64,000 nucleotides of DNA, taken from Brevinematales bacterium. Lineage in GTDB: Bacteria > Spirochaetota > Brevinematia > Brevinematales > GWF1-51-8. The position numbers and the translations under genes were made by a program. This document shows, piece after piece, positions 27,752-37,069 of this stretch. The stretch is from positions 2,496-66,495 of the forward strand of contig JABLXV010000004.1 in NCBI GenBank assembly GCA_013177895.1, in the 5' to 3' direction. The notes under the pieces are model-generated. The model did no database searches, was not told the origin of the DNA, and was given only the letters and a program-made list of their open reading frames with translations. Each line of letters opens with the position of its first letter. The first letter of the stretch is position 1.

Positions 27752-29583
27752 TTTTCCTCCTTCGCGGAACCGGGCTCGATATCGTTCAGACCCTTCTGGA
27801 TATCCTGCAGGTCTTTCTTATACTGCTCGAGACCCTGCTTCACCGTATCGACCGTTTTTTCAAACTGGCTGTCGCCCTTCTCGATCACGGGATGGTCGGG
27901 AATATCGTCGACTGTGATCTTCGTAAGTTCCGCCTTGTCGAACCCTTCCTTATCCATCATATCGGAGACCCGCGCGGACTGCCTGCTCCTGATATACTTC
28001 TCGAACAGTTTGCGGGATTCGCGGGCGTTCCCGAAATTCGGCCCTTTGCTCCCGCAAAGCTCCTTCATATAGGCGAGAATTTTCGCTGATATCGCGTCGT
28101 CGAACGTGTATCCCTCTTTTTTTATCATCAGTTTCGCAATCCCGGTCAGTTCCTCGGGCGAATAATCCGCGAAGTTGAAGTACATATCCACCCTCGATTT
28201 CAGCCCGGGGTTGGCGTTGACGAACTGCACCATCTCGTTCTTATATCCCGCCGCGAATACGAAATATTTCCCGCGGTCGTCCTCCATCCGTTTGATGAGG
28301 GTCGTGATCGCCTCATGCCCGAAATCGTCGTCCTTGCTCTGATAAAGCTCGTAGGCTTCGTCGATAAACAGGATGCCGCCCATCGCCTGATCGCACAAGC
28401 GGTTTACAAGAGGCCCCGTATGCCCGACATAAGACCCGACCATCTTACTGCGGTCTACTTCCACGATATGTCCGTAATCGAGCACCCCGATCGCCTCGAA
28501 TATACTGCCGATCACCCGGCATACCGATGTTTTCCCGGTGCCGGGATTTCCCGTCAGCACGGAGTGGAACGAGATCGGCTTATCCTTGTCCATTCCATGT
28601 TCGATGCGCGCTTTTCGGAGCTTCACCTGACGGTATAGGTCTTTGATCGATTCCTTCACCTCGTTCATACCGATAAACCCGTCGAGTTCCTTCATAATCT
28701 CGTCGATAGGCTCCCGTACTTCGATCTTACCCTGTATATCGTCTGGAGTGATTTTCTTATCCGCGCCATGCCGCAGGTAGTACGCGTCGATAATCTTCCC
28801 GGCCTCCTGTACCGCCATATGCCCGTTCTTAGGGTAACTGTCGATATCGACCTTCTTCTCCTCTTTCACGAGGTAACGAAAACGTTTATCGAGCTTTTCC
28901 ATCACGTCGGCGGGAACGGTAAACCCGTTTTTCACCAGTTCCTTCTCGACGATCTTGGAAAGCTGTTCCGGGGAGTAGTCCGCGATAGTGAAAATATTCT
29001 TAAACCGCCCGACAAAGCTGGCGTTCTCGTCCTTCTGGAGGAACTCGCGCAGCCCGAACGGAAGCCCGGTAATAATCACGATCAGGTCGTCGGGCTTACG
29101 GTCGATTTCCGCGAGAAGGGTGTTCAGGACGTCCCCGGCCTTCGCCTCGGGTTTGACTAATAGTTCGGCATCGTCGATAAACAGGACACCCCCGCGCGCG
29201 TCGTCGATCCGCTGTTTGAATACGCCCTTACTCATCCCGATCAGGTCGTTGCTTTTATAGGTCACGGGCGCTTCTTTCTGGATAAGCCCGTACTCGAAAA
29301 AGATATGGCAGAGGATTTTACCGATCAGCGTCTTCGCCGTGCCGGAATACCCCACCAGTACTGTATTAAAGTTCATCGGTATGGTACGGCCTTCGCGCTT
29401 CATCCCCCCGATCACCGTCACCATCTTGCGGATTTCATTCTTAATAGGTTCCAATCCAACGAGGTCTTCGATGACCGGCATCGATTTTTTCGACTGCTCC
29501 GCTTCCATAGCGGCGCCGCAGTATTTACAGAATTTGGCGTTATCGCGGTTGGTTCTCCCGCAGTTCGTGCATTTCCGGGCCAC
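27748..29583 (-). CDS. Zinc-ribbon plus tandem CbbX/SpoVK-type AAA+ ATPase
   Basis: 611 aa. N-terminal CTNCGRTNRDNAKFCKYCG zinc ribbon. Module 1 has LVGLEPIK, VLVGYSGTAKT (degenerate Walker A) and GGVLFIDDAELL. Module 2 has FIGMNEVK, LTGNPGTGKTSV (canonical Walker A) and GGILFIDEAYEL (Walker B). C-terminal coiled-coil tail. Confidence 0.85.
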   Translation of the reverse strand: MARKCTNCGRTNRDNAKFCKYCGAAMEAEQSKKSMPVIEDLVGLEPIKNEIRKMVTVIGGMKREGRTIPMNFNTVLVGYSGTAKTLIGKILCHIFFEYGLIQKEAPVTYKSNDLIGMSKGVFKQRIDDARGGVLFIDDAELLVKPEAKAGDVLNTLLAEIDRKPDDLIVIITGLPFGLREFLQKDENASFVGRFKNIFTIADYSPEQLSKIVEKELVKNGFTVPADVMEKLDKRFRYLVKEEKKVDIDSYPKNGHMAVQEAGKIIDAYYLRHGADKKITPDDIQGKIEVREPIDEIMKELDGFIGMNEVKESIKDLYRQVKLRKARIEHGMDKDKPISFHSVLTGNPGTGKTSVCRVIGSIFEAIGVLDYGHIVEVDRSKMVGSYVGHTGPLVNRLCDQAMGGILFIDEAYELYQSKDDDFGHEAITTLIKRMEDDRGKYFVFAAGYKNEMVQFVNANPGLKSRVDMYFNFADYSPEELTGIAKLMIKKEGYTFDDAISAKILAYMKELCGSKGPNFGNARESRKLFEKYIRSRQSARVSDMMDKEGFDKAELTKITVDDIPDHPVIEKGDSQFEKTVDTVKQGLEQYKKDLQDIQKGLNDIEPGSAKEEK

Positions 29584-29591
29584 ATCCCCTC

Positions 29592-30095
29592 CTATAATTT
29601 AACGCTTTTTATCGCATCGTAAAATTCATGGACTTTCTGAGAACCGAGCATAATCTTTTTACCCTTCACGGTTTCAATCATGATGCCCTGATTTCCGCCC
29701 ATCGTGTATGATTTCCCATACTTTGTATAATGCACCCCGAAACCGCGCATTTCAAGCATAGGGTCGAACTCCACTATCTCGTATTTTGCGATATCTTTCA
29801 TGTCTATTCTCTTCATACTAAACCCGAACGGTAGTAATCGATAATAAATACCATCCGACGATACCCGCGTTTCCAATCCCATAAAGTATAACAGAAACGG
29901 TACGATCAGAAAGGGAATAACTATGATAGCCGGTAGGAGGAAACCCGGCAAAGGAATATTTTCCTTTCCCATTGCGGGAAGGGCGTAAGTAAACACCATG
30001 AATAAACTAATCCCCTCCACAACAATAATAATCAGCCAAATCCACCATACGCGTATCCGTTGGGATTCCCGGAAAACATAGCTGTCACTCGGCAT
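29592..30095 (-). CDS. Membrane protein: two TM helices plus a small C-terminal soluble (PH-like?) domain
   Basis: ORF track starts at TTG 30113. I prefer ATG 30095 (MPSDSYVFRESQRIRVWW...) because GGAGG (30105-30101) sits 5 nt upstream. TM segments WWIWLIIIVVEGISLFMVF and LLPAIIVIPFLIVPFLLYF. Ends 8 nt before the AAA+ gene start. Confidence 0.55.
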   Translation of the reverse strand: MPSDSYVFRESQRIRVWWIWLIIIVVEGISLFMVFTYALPAMGKENIPLPGFLLPAIIVIPFLIVPFLLYFMGLETRVSSDGIYYRLLPFGFSMKRIDMKDIAKYEIVEFDPMLEMRGFGVHYTKYGKSYTMGGNQGIMIETVKGKKIMLGSQKVHEFYDAIKSVKL

Positions 30096-30143
30096 AGCAA
30101 CCTCCATTTTCAACTATTCTATTTTACCTGACGAACCTATTCA

Positions 30144-30172
30144 TTGCAAGTTATTCATTTCAATATTAGAAT
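30144..30172 (+). promoter_or_regulatory. Candidate sigma70-type promoter for upp
   Basis: TTGCAA (30144-30149), 17-nt spacer, TAGAAT (30167-30172), about 25 nt upstream of upp ATG. Confidence 0.4.
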
Positions 30173-30198
30173 ATACCATCAGCAATACGGAGGGAAAT

Positions 30199-30825
30199 AT
30201 GCCTTTTCATCTCATCGACCACCCGCTTGTCCGCCATAAAATCGGCCTCCTGCGTAAAAACGATATCGACATCCCCACATTCCGGGAACTCACTACAGAA
30301 ATATCCGCGATGCTGATGTACGAGGCCGTCCGCGAGATGCCTACCCAGACAAGGGATGTCGACGGATGGGCATCGAAGGTCACCGTACAGCATATCCATA
30401 ATAAAAAAGTCACGGTCGTTCCCATTCTCCGCGCCGGATTAGGGATGATGAACGGAGCGTTATACCTGATGCCGTGGGCGAAGATATCCGTCATGGGTAT
30501 TTACCGCGATGAGAAAACCCTGAAGCCGGTACCCTACTTTGAGAAATCCGTCCCGAATATATCCGAATACACCGCGATTGTCCTCGACCCGATGCTGGCC
30601 ACAGGGGGTACACTCGTCTACGCGGTCGGGCTCCTCAAGCAGAAGGGATGTAAAAAGATCAAAGGGATATTCCTCGTGGCCTCGCCGGAGGGAGTGGAGC
30701 GGATGAATCAGGCACATCCCGAGTTCGATATTTACGCGGCCGCGCTGGACGAACGGTTAAACGAGAACGGGTATATCCTTCCCGGGCTTGGCGACGCAGG
30801 GGATAAACTTTTCGGCACCCTGTAG
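30199..30825 (+). CDS. upp: Uracil phosphoribosyltransferase
   Basis: 208 aa. HPLVRHKIGLLR, VPILRAGLGM, DPMLATGGT (PRPP loop) and YILPGLGDAGDKLFGT are canonical Upp motifs. Confidence 0.95.
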   Translation: MPFHLIDHPLVRHKIGLLRKNDIDIPTFRELTTEISAMLMYEAVREMPTQTRDVDGWASKVTVQHIHNKKVTVVPILRAGLGMMNGALYLMPWAKISVMGIYRDEKTLKPVPYFEKSVPNISEYTAIVLDPMLATGGTLVYAVGLLKQKGCKKIKGIFLVASPEGVERMNQAHPEFDIYAAALDERLNENGYILPGLGDAGDKLFGTL

Positions 30826-30881
30826 AAATATTTGACGAAACCCTCATTATATACTACTATTCTTATAATATTAATTGTATT

Positions 30882-30905
30882 CCATGAAACCGTTTCAGGC
30901 TTTTT
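30882..30905 (+). terminator. Weak candidate terminator for upp
   Basis: CCATGAAAC-C-GTTTCAGG imperfect hairpin (core TGAAAC/GTTTCA at 30885-30897), followed by CTTTTT. AT-rich short stem, so low confidence. Confidence 0.3.
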
Positions 30906-31009
30906 ACCCTCTAATTGAACAGAGAGGCAGGAAAGTCTTATCACCATCGGATTTTTTCAGTCTCCTTGAGTGATATAAATGATGCAATCCGTTTCCGTTC
31001 GGAGGTGAC

Positions 31010-32245
31010 ATGAAAAGGTTATTTCTATTTTTTCTTTTTCTGTCCTATCCTTTATACGCAAAAGATTTCACCGTCCATGACCTGATCGAGTCCGCGTTAT
31101 CCAATAATCTCGATTTGAAGCTGAATATGGCGATGTCTCATGCGATGAAGAAAGATATCGATGTACAGAGCGGATGGAGCGATACGATACTGATGTACTC
31201 GCTGAAAAACATCTCTCCCGGCGATTCGGTCAGTCTCCAGCATATGATATCCCTTCAGCAGATGATTCCCTTATGGGGCAAGACCGGGTTCAAGGCGCAG
31301 GCCGCCCAGATGGATTACGGGAAAAGCCTCGCGAATCAGGTGTCCGTACAACGGATGGTGAAAATGAAACTTTTATCCCTGGGCGCGGATTACGCCGCCG
31401 CGGTTCAGCAGCTTGCGGTATACCGCGACGAACTGAAACTTTTCGAACGTCTGGGCGGTATCGTTAAGACCGATTATTCTACCGGGAAGGGACTCCTCGC
31501 GACTGTGGTCGATGTCGAAATCCGTATCGCAACCATCAATAATAAAATCGTCGAGCTGACCAATATGCTGACGTTTATCCGCAGCCGTATCCTCGATATC
31601 GCCGATATTCCCCTATCCGACTTTAATTTCATCACGCCGGCACTCGACCTGAGCAATATCCCGCCAATATCCATGAGTCCCGCATCGCTCTTCGAGTACG
31701 CCCTGAGCAATAACCCCGCTTATCAATCGGCAGGGTATGATATAAAAAAGACGGAGGCGCTCGGGTCGCTCGCGGCGGCGGAAGTATTTCCCGATCTCGG
31801 GGTGGGCGTCAGCTATATGTATACCCCGTCTATGCCGGATCATATGTTTTCCCTGGACTTTATGATCAATCTCCCGCTCTTCTCCGCTCCAAAAAAGGGC
31901 GCGATGATCGGGATGGCAGGGGATAAAAAGAATGACGCACTGCTGATGCAGCAGTCGGTTGCCGACGAGATCGCCCGTTCGATCACGCAAACCCTGCTGA
32001 ATATCGATACCCTTACCGCGCAGGCAAAAATATTGAACGAGCAAATCCTGAAACTCAGCGAGAACAATATCGCGAACATGCTGTCCGCCTATCAGGTGCA
32101 GAAGGCCGGGTTTAAAGAGCTTCTCGACTCCGTTCTGATGTACTACAATATGCGGCTGGAATATATTATGACGGTCAGGATGCTGGCTGATAAATACTTC
32201 ATACTCGAACTGGTCTCAGGCAAAGAATTCGTTTCATTTAATTAG
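31010..32245 (+). CDS. TolC-family outer-membrane efflux protein (CusC/CzcC-like)
   Basis: Signal peptide MKRLFLFFLFLSYPLYA. Two long helical repeats with typical TolC-family periodicity. First gene of an operon with an RND adaptor and pump. GGAGG RBS. Confidence 0.8.
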   Translation: MKRLFLFFLFLSYPLYAKDFTVHDLIESALSNNLDLKLNMAMSHAMKKDIDVQSGWSDTILMYSLKNISPGDSVSLQHMISLQQMIPLWGKTGFKAQAAQMDYGKSLANQVSVQRMVKMKLLSLGADYAAAVQQLAVYRDELKLFERLGGIVKTDYSTGKGLLATVVDVEIRIATINNKIVELTNMLTFIRSRILDIADIPLSDFNFITPALDLSNIPPISMSPASLFEYALSNNPAYQSAGYDIKKTEALGSLAAAEVFPDLGVGVSYMYTPSMPDHMFSLDFMINLPLFSAPKKGAMIGMAGDKKNDALLMQQSVADEIARSITQTLLNIDTLTAQAKILNEQILKLSENNIANMLSAYQVQKAGFKELLDSVLMYYNMRLEYIMTVRMLADKYFILELVSGKEFVSFN

Positions 32246-32254
32246 GAGGCGACA

Positions 32255-33724
32255 ATGAAAACATCTGCAATAGCCCTCGCTTTTCTAGCCGTACTTTTTA
32301 TTTCCTGCGGCGGTAACACTAATGCCGATAAACCGGTACTGTACTATCAGGACCCGGATAACCCGAACGTTCTTTCCGACTCGCCGAAGAAGAACGCTCA
32401 CGGCGAGGATTTTATTCCGGTTTACGCCGATGCTGAGGATAAAAATTCCGTATCGTCTGACGACGTATGGTACTATACCTGCCCGATGCACCCCGATGTC
32501 AGAACGCATGAGCCGGGAAATTGCCCGATCTGTAAAATGGAACTGGTGCCGGTGCAGTATCCCGAGGTAAAAAACGCCGCGGTAGAGTATTATTACTGTC
32601 CGATGCATCCCGAAGTGCGCGAGAAAGCGCCCGGAAACTGCCCGATATGCGGGATGGTTCTCGCGCCGAAATATGTGCTCGATCAGGGAGTTTATTCATC
32701 GGTACAGATCACCCCTGAGCAGGAGAAAAATATCGGGGTACGGCTTTCCGAGGTGTCGGTGATGAATCTCCAGAAATCCGTCAAGACCGTCGGGAAAATC
32801 GCGTTCGACGAACAGAAGCTCTACATGATCAGTTCGCGGATAGACGGGCGTCTCGACAAGCTCTTCGTGAACTTTACCGGCGCGCCTGTTTCGAAGGGAC
32901 AACCCCTCCTGCTGATCTATTCGCCCCCGCTCATCACCGCGCAGGAAGAACTCCTTCAGACCTACAGGGAGTACACCAACTCGCAGAACCCGGTCGAACA
33001 GAGTTTATCCGTGTTGTCCCTCTCGCTGCTCAATTCGTCCAAAAAGAAGCTGTCCCTGCTAGGCATGTCCGATAAGCAGATCGATACGATCCTGAAAACC
33101 GGGGAGACGCAGGTGCACACCGCGATCTATTCGCCGATTAACGGCACGGTGCTGAAAATGAACGCTTACACCGGAATGTACGTCAAAGAGGGAGATATTA
33201 TCTATGAGATCGCCGACCTGAGCTCGGTATGGATGGAGGCGGAGATTTACGAACAGGACATCTCCGACGTGCATATCGGGATGGAGGTCTCCGCCACGGG
33301 AATCGCGTTCCCGGAGAAGGCGCTGAAAGGGAAGATCACATTTATATCGCCGTTACTTGACCCGATGACACGGACAGTGAAGATACGCGCCGAATTCCAG
33401 AATCCCGGCGGTATCCTCAAGCCCGGGATGTATGTCGACGCTGTAATCACCGGTAAGACCCAGCAGAAAGCCCTTGTCATCCCGGCGACCGCCCTTCTGG
33501 ATACCGGGATGCGTAAGATTGTCTATGTATCGCTGGGTAACGGACTGTACGAGGGACGCACTGTCATCGTCAAGCCGAAAATCGGTGATTATTTCCCCGT
33601 GGTCTCCGGTCTGAAGGAGGGTGAGAAAGTTGTCACCTATGGGGCGTACCTGATCGATTCGCAGGCACAGCTATCCGGCAGCGCATCCATCCAGTATTCC
33701 GGAGCGATGTCGCACGAGAAATAA
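32255..33724 (+). CDS. Efflux RND periplasmic adaptor (CusB/CzcB-like) lipoprotein with two N-terminal heavy-metal-binding (YHS/HMBD-type) modules
   Basis: Lipobox VLFISCGG. Duplicated YYTCPMHPDVRTHEPGNCPICKMELVP and YYCPMHPEVREKAPGNCPICGMVLAP. Then the membrane-fusion-protein core (GRLDKLFVNFTG, GQPLLLIYSP, hairpin, beta-barrel domain). Confidence 0.9.
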   Translation: MKTSAIALAFLAVLFISCGGNTNADKPVLYYQDPDNPNVLSDSPKKNAHGEDFIPVYADAEDKNSVSSDDVWYYTCPMHPDVRTHEPGNCPICKMELVPVQYPEVKNAAVEYYYCPMHPEVREKAPGNCPICGMVLAPKYVLDQGVYSSVQITPEQEKNIGVRLSEVSVMNLQKSVKTVGKIAFDEQKLYMISSRIDGRLDKLFVNFTGAPVSKGQPLLLIYSPPLITAQEELLQTYREYTNSQNPVEQSLSVLSLSLLNSSKKKLSLLGMSDKQIDTILKTGETQVHTAIYSPINGTVLKMNAYTGMYVKEGDIIYEIADLSSVWMEAEIYEQDISDVHIGMEVSATGIAFPEKALKGKITFISPLLDPMTRTVKIRAEFQNPGGILKPGMYVDAVITGKTQQKALVIPATALLDTGMRKIVYVSLGNGLYEGRTVIVKPKIGDYFPVVSGLKEGEKVVTYGAYLIDSQAQLSGSASIQYSGAMSHEK

Positions 33725-33739
33725 ATATCGGAGGCGCGA

Positions 33740-36700
33740 ATGTCTAAACTAATGATAAAGATATCCAATTTTTTCATAGAAAACCGGCTCATCGCATACC
33801 TCCTGTTTATCGCGATGATCATCGCGGGATTTGTATCGTTACAGTCTGTTCCGGTGGACGCTATTCCCGATATCGGCGAGAACCAGGTCATCGTGTTCGC
33901 CGACTGGCCGGGCCGCAGCCCTAAGGATATCGAGGATCAGGTCACTTTCCCGCTGACCACAGCCCTGCAGGGCGTGCCGGGAGTAAAGGAAATCCGCGCG
34001 CAGAGCGCGTTCGGATTCTCGATGATATACATCATTTTTAACGATAACGTCGATTTTTATTTCGCTCGCAGCCGGGTGCTGGAGAAGCTGAACTTTGCCC
34101 AGACCCTGCTCCCTCAGGGAGTTGTCCCGATTCTCGGGCCGGACGCGACCGGGCTCGGTCAGGTGTTCTGGTACACGGTCGAGAGCGATAAGCACAACCT
34201 GCAGGAGCTTCGCAGTATCCAGGACTGGTATATCAAATTCGCGCTCGCGTCGGTCGAGGGAGTTTCCGAGGTCGCGAGTATCGGGGGGTATGTCAAACAA
34301 TACCAGATCGACGTCGACCCGAATAAAGTATATGCGTATAATATTAAAATGTCCGACCTGGTAAAAGCCGTCAAGGAAGCGAATATCGACGTCGGCGCGA
34401 AGCTGATCGAGGCCAACGGGATGGAGTTCATAGTTCGCGGCGTCGGGTTTATCAAGTCCGTTCAGGATATAGAAAACATCGTCATCGGCTCCTATAACGG
34501 AGTGCCGGTGAAAATGAAACAGATCGGAAACGTAGTCATCGGTGCGGACTTCCGCGACGGTGTGCTCGATAAGGAAGGGAAAGAAGCCGTAGGCGGCGTG
34601 GTCATCATGCGCTACGGGCAGAACCCTAAGATTGTGATCGAGAAGGTCAAGCAGAAGATCGCCGCCATATCCTCCGGTCTTCCCGACGGGGTGAAGATAG
34701 TCCCGTTCTACGACCGTACCGACCTGATACAGGAGACCCAGGGTACGCTTACCGAAGCCCTGATTATCGAGATACTCATCACTATCGCGGTAATCCTCGC
34801 GTTCCTCCTCCCCGTGCGGATGAGTCTCATCATATCGCTCACCCTTCCGGTATCCGTACTTTTCTCGTTCCTGATGATGAAACTGTTCCATGTCGACGCA
34901 CATATCATGTCGCTCGCGGGTATTATTATCGCGATCGGTACGATAGTCGATATGGGAATTATTATGACCGAAAATATCCACCGGAATGTAACAGATTCAG
35001 ATAAAAGCCCCGCCGAACGGGCTAATCCCTTACTGGTCGTTAAACGGGGCGCGGGTGAGGTCGCGGGAGCCGTATTAGGCGCGATCACGACTACTATCAT
35101 CCCGTTCTTCGCCATCCTCGTACTGGAAGGCCAGAGCGCGAAACTCTTTCACCCGGTAGTGTATACTAAAACCTTCGTCCTGATAGGTTCTCTCCTGACA
35201 GCGCTTTTCCTGCTTCCGTCGCTCTATGTCGATTTCATCCTTCCCCGTAAAAACGGCTTATCCGGGTTTCTCGATAAGATCGGGGGAAAGAAGACCCTGT
35301 TCAAGCTGAAAATCGCCGGAGCGGTAATCGCCGGACTGGTTCTTATCGAACGCTTATTTACGCTGATCCGCGTGTGGAACGGGATTGACTGGGGCGGTAT
35401 CGGAAAATGGATCACCGGGAATGTGTGGATGATTGTCTTCTCCGTAGTATTCGTAACCATTATTTTTCTCATATCGCATAAGATCAAAGAGATCGTTACT
35501 ACTATCATCGAATGGGCGTTGAAGAATAAATGGGTGCTGGCGATTCCAGCGGCGATATTCCTGTTCTCGGTCTACCTGCTGGTCTTCCGTATCCAGAACG
35601 AGTTCCGCCCGCCCCTCGACGAAGGTTCATTCCTGTTCATGCCTGTGCTCCTGCCGTCGGCGTCCCTCAGCCAGACCCATGAAGTACTGACCAAGCAGAA
35701 CGAGATCATCAAATCGTTCCCCGAGGTCGCATCGGTGGTCGGGAAGCTCGGGCGTATCGACAGCGCCACCGACCCCGCGCCTACCCAGATGATCGAAACC
35801 ATTATTACCCTGAAACCTAAAGATCAGTGGCGGCCGGGCATGACGAAGGAGAAACTGATTAACGAGATGAATCACGCGCTCCAGATTCCCGGCGTGGGAA
35901 ACATCTGGACCCAGCCGATCCAGAACCGTATCGATATGCTCTCGACCGGTATCCGTACCCCCGTGGGTATCAAGGTATTCGGCCCCGACCTCACGGAGAT
36001 CGAGAAACTGACGCTTGAGATCGAGAAGATCGTACGCCAGACGCCGGGGTACTCGGATTCCTACGCCGAGCGGATTATCGGCAAGCCGTATATAGAATAT
36101 ATTATCAACCGCGAGGAGATCGCGAAATTCGGGCTTTCTGTTATGGACGTGCAGGAGGTGATCGAGACCGCGATCGGCGGGGAGAACCTCACGATGACGG
36201 TCGAGGGACGGGAGCGTTACCCGGTACGAATCCGTTATATGCGCGAGTACCGCGACAGCCTCGACGCACTAAAGAACATCCTGCTGATCACGCCGTCCGG
36301 TGAAAAAATCCCGTTATCGCGTATCGCGGATATTCAGGTCGTCATGGGACCGGGTATGATTAATAGCGAGAACGGTGTCCTGCGCGGTATCATCTACCTC
36401 AACCTGCTCCCCGGTACCGGCCCGGTGGATTTTGTCAACGCGGCTAAAAAGCTGATAGACGAAAAAATCCAGATGCCCAAGGGATATTATTACGAGTTCG
36501 CCGGGGACTTCGAGAACCAGATCACCGCGTTCGCTAAACTGGGGCTGGTACTCCCGCTATGTCTGCTCGCGATTTTTATGATACTGTATTTCACGTTTAA
36601 CTCGGTCAAACAGTCCCTGATCGTGTTCCTCGCGATCCCCATCACCCTCTCGGGAGGAATTATCCTCCTGTGGATACTCGGGTATAATATGAGTATCGCT

Positions 36701-37069
36701 GTGGCAGTGGGATTTGTCGCATTGTTCGGGATTTCGGTCGACGACGGTATCGTCCTTACTACGTATATCAACCAGAATATAAAGGATAATCCGCCGAAAA
36801 CCCTCGCCGACGTGCATGCCCTCATTCTCACATCCATCCAGAAACGCGCGAGACCGCTCTTTATGACGACCGCGACTACTATTCTGGCGTTGGTGCCGGT
36901 CTTATGGGCGACCGGACGCGGAAGCGAGATTATCCGCCCGATGGCGGTTCCGTCGATAGGCGGTATGACTATCGAGCTTATTACCATTATCGTTGTACCG
37001 CTATTGAACAGTTTTATATTAGAACGGCAGTTGAAGAAACAAATTAAACATAAGCCACAGGAGGTTTAG
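33740..37069 (+). CDS. Heavy-metal efflux RND pump, CusA/CzcA family
   Basis: 1109 aa with 12-TM RND architecture. N-terminus FFIENRLIAYLLFIAMIIAG..VPVDAIPDIGENQVIVFADWPGRSPKDIEDQVTFPL is characteristic of the HME-RND family. Confidence 0.95.
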   Translation: MSKLMIKISNFFIENRLIAYLLFIAMIIAGFVSLQSVPVDAIPDIGENQVIVFADWPGRSPKDIEDQVTFPLTTALQGVPGVKEIRAQSAFGFSMIYIIFNDNVDFYFARSRVLEKLNFAQTLLPQGVVPILGPDATGLGQVFWYTVESDKHNLQELRSIQDWYIKFALASVEGVSEVASIGGYVKQYQIDVDPNKVYAYNIKMSDLVKAVKEANIDVGAKLIEANGMEFIVRGVGFIKSVQDIENIVIGSYNGVPVKMKQIGNVVIGADFRDGVLDKEGKEAVGGVVIMRYGQNPKIVIEKVKQKIAAISSGLPDGVKIVPFYDRTDLIQETQGTLTEALIIEILITIAVILAFLLPVRMSLIISLTLPVSVLFSFLMMKLFHVDAHIMSLAGIIIAIGTIVDMGIIMTENIHRNVTDSDKSPAERANPLLVVKRGAGEVAGAVLGAITTTIIPFFAILVLEGQSAKLFHPVVYTKTFVLIGSLLTALFLLPSLYVDFILPRKNGLSGFLDKIGGKKTLFKLKIAGAVIAGLVLIERLFTLIRVWNGIDWGGIGKWITGNVWMIVFSVVFVTIIFLISHKIKEIVTTIIEWALKNKWVLAIPAAIFLFSVYLLVFRIQNEFRPPLDEGSFLFMPVLLPSASLSQTHEVLTKQNEIIKSFPEVASVVGKLGRIDSATDPAPTQMIETIITLKPKDQWRPGMTKEKLINEMNHALQIPGVGNIWTQPIQNRIDMLSTGIRTPVGIKVFGPDLTEIEKLTLEIEKIVRQTPGYSDSYAERIIGKPYIEYIINREEIAKFGLSVMDVQEVIETAIGGENLTMTVEGRERYPVRIRYMREYRDSLDALKNILLITPSGEKIPLSRIADIQVVMGPGMINSENGVLRGIIYLNLLPGTGPVDFVNAAKKLIDEKIQMPKGYYYEFAGDFENQITAFAKLGLVLPLCLLAIFMILYFTFNSVKQSLIVFLAIPITLSGGIILLWILGYNMSIAVAVGFVALFGISVDDGIVLTTYINQNIKDNPPKTLADVHALILTSIQKRARPLFMTTATTILALVPVLWATGRGSEIIRPMAVPSIGGMTIELITIIVVPLLNSFILERQLKKQIKHKPQEV

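Noticed and set aside
30885-30897. Inverted repeat TGAAAC-C-GTTTCA upstream of the metal-efflux operon, considered as a metal-regulator operator
   Set aside because: It lies about 110 nt upstream of the operon start, is not embedded in a recognisable -35/-10 pair, and is followed by CTTTTT. A weak upp terminator explains it at least as well. No regulator gene is adjacent.
33839-34981. 380-aa minus-strand ORF inside the RND pump gene
   Set aside because: It is antisense to an unmistakable CusA/CzcA-family pump. Composition is extremely biased (Asp/Arg/His/Glu) and no motifs are present, so it is a shadow ORF.
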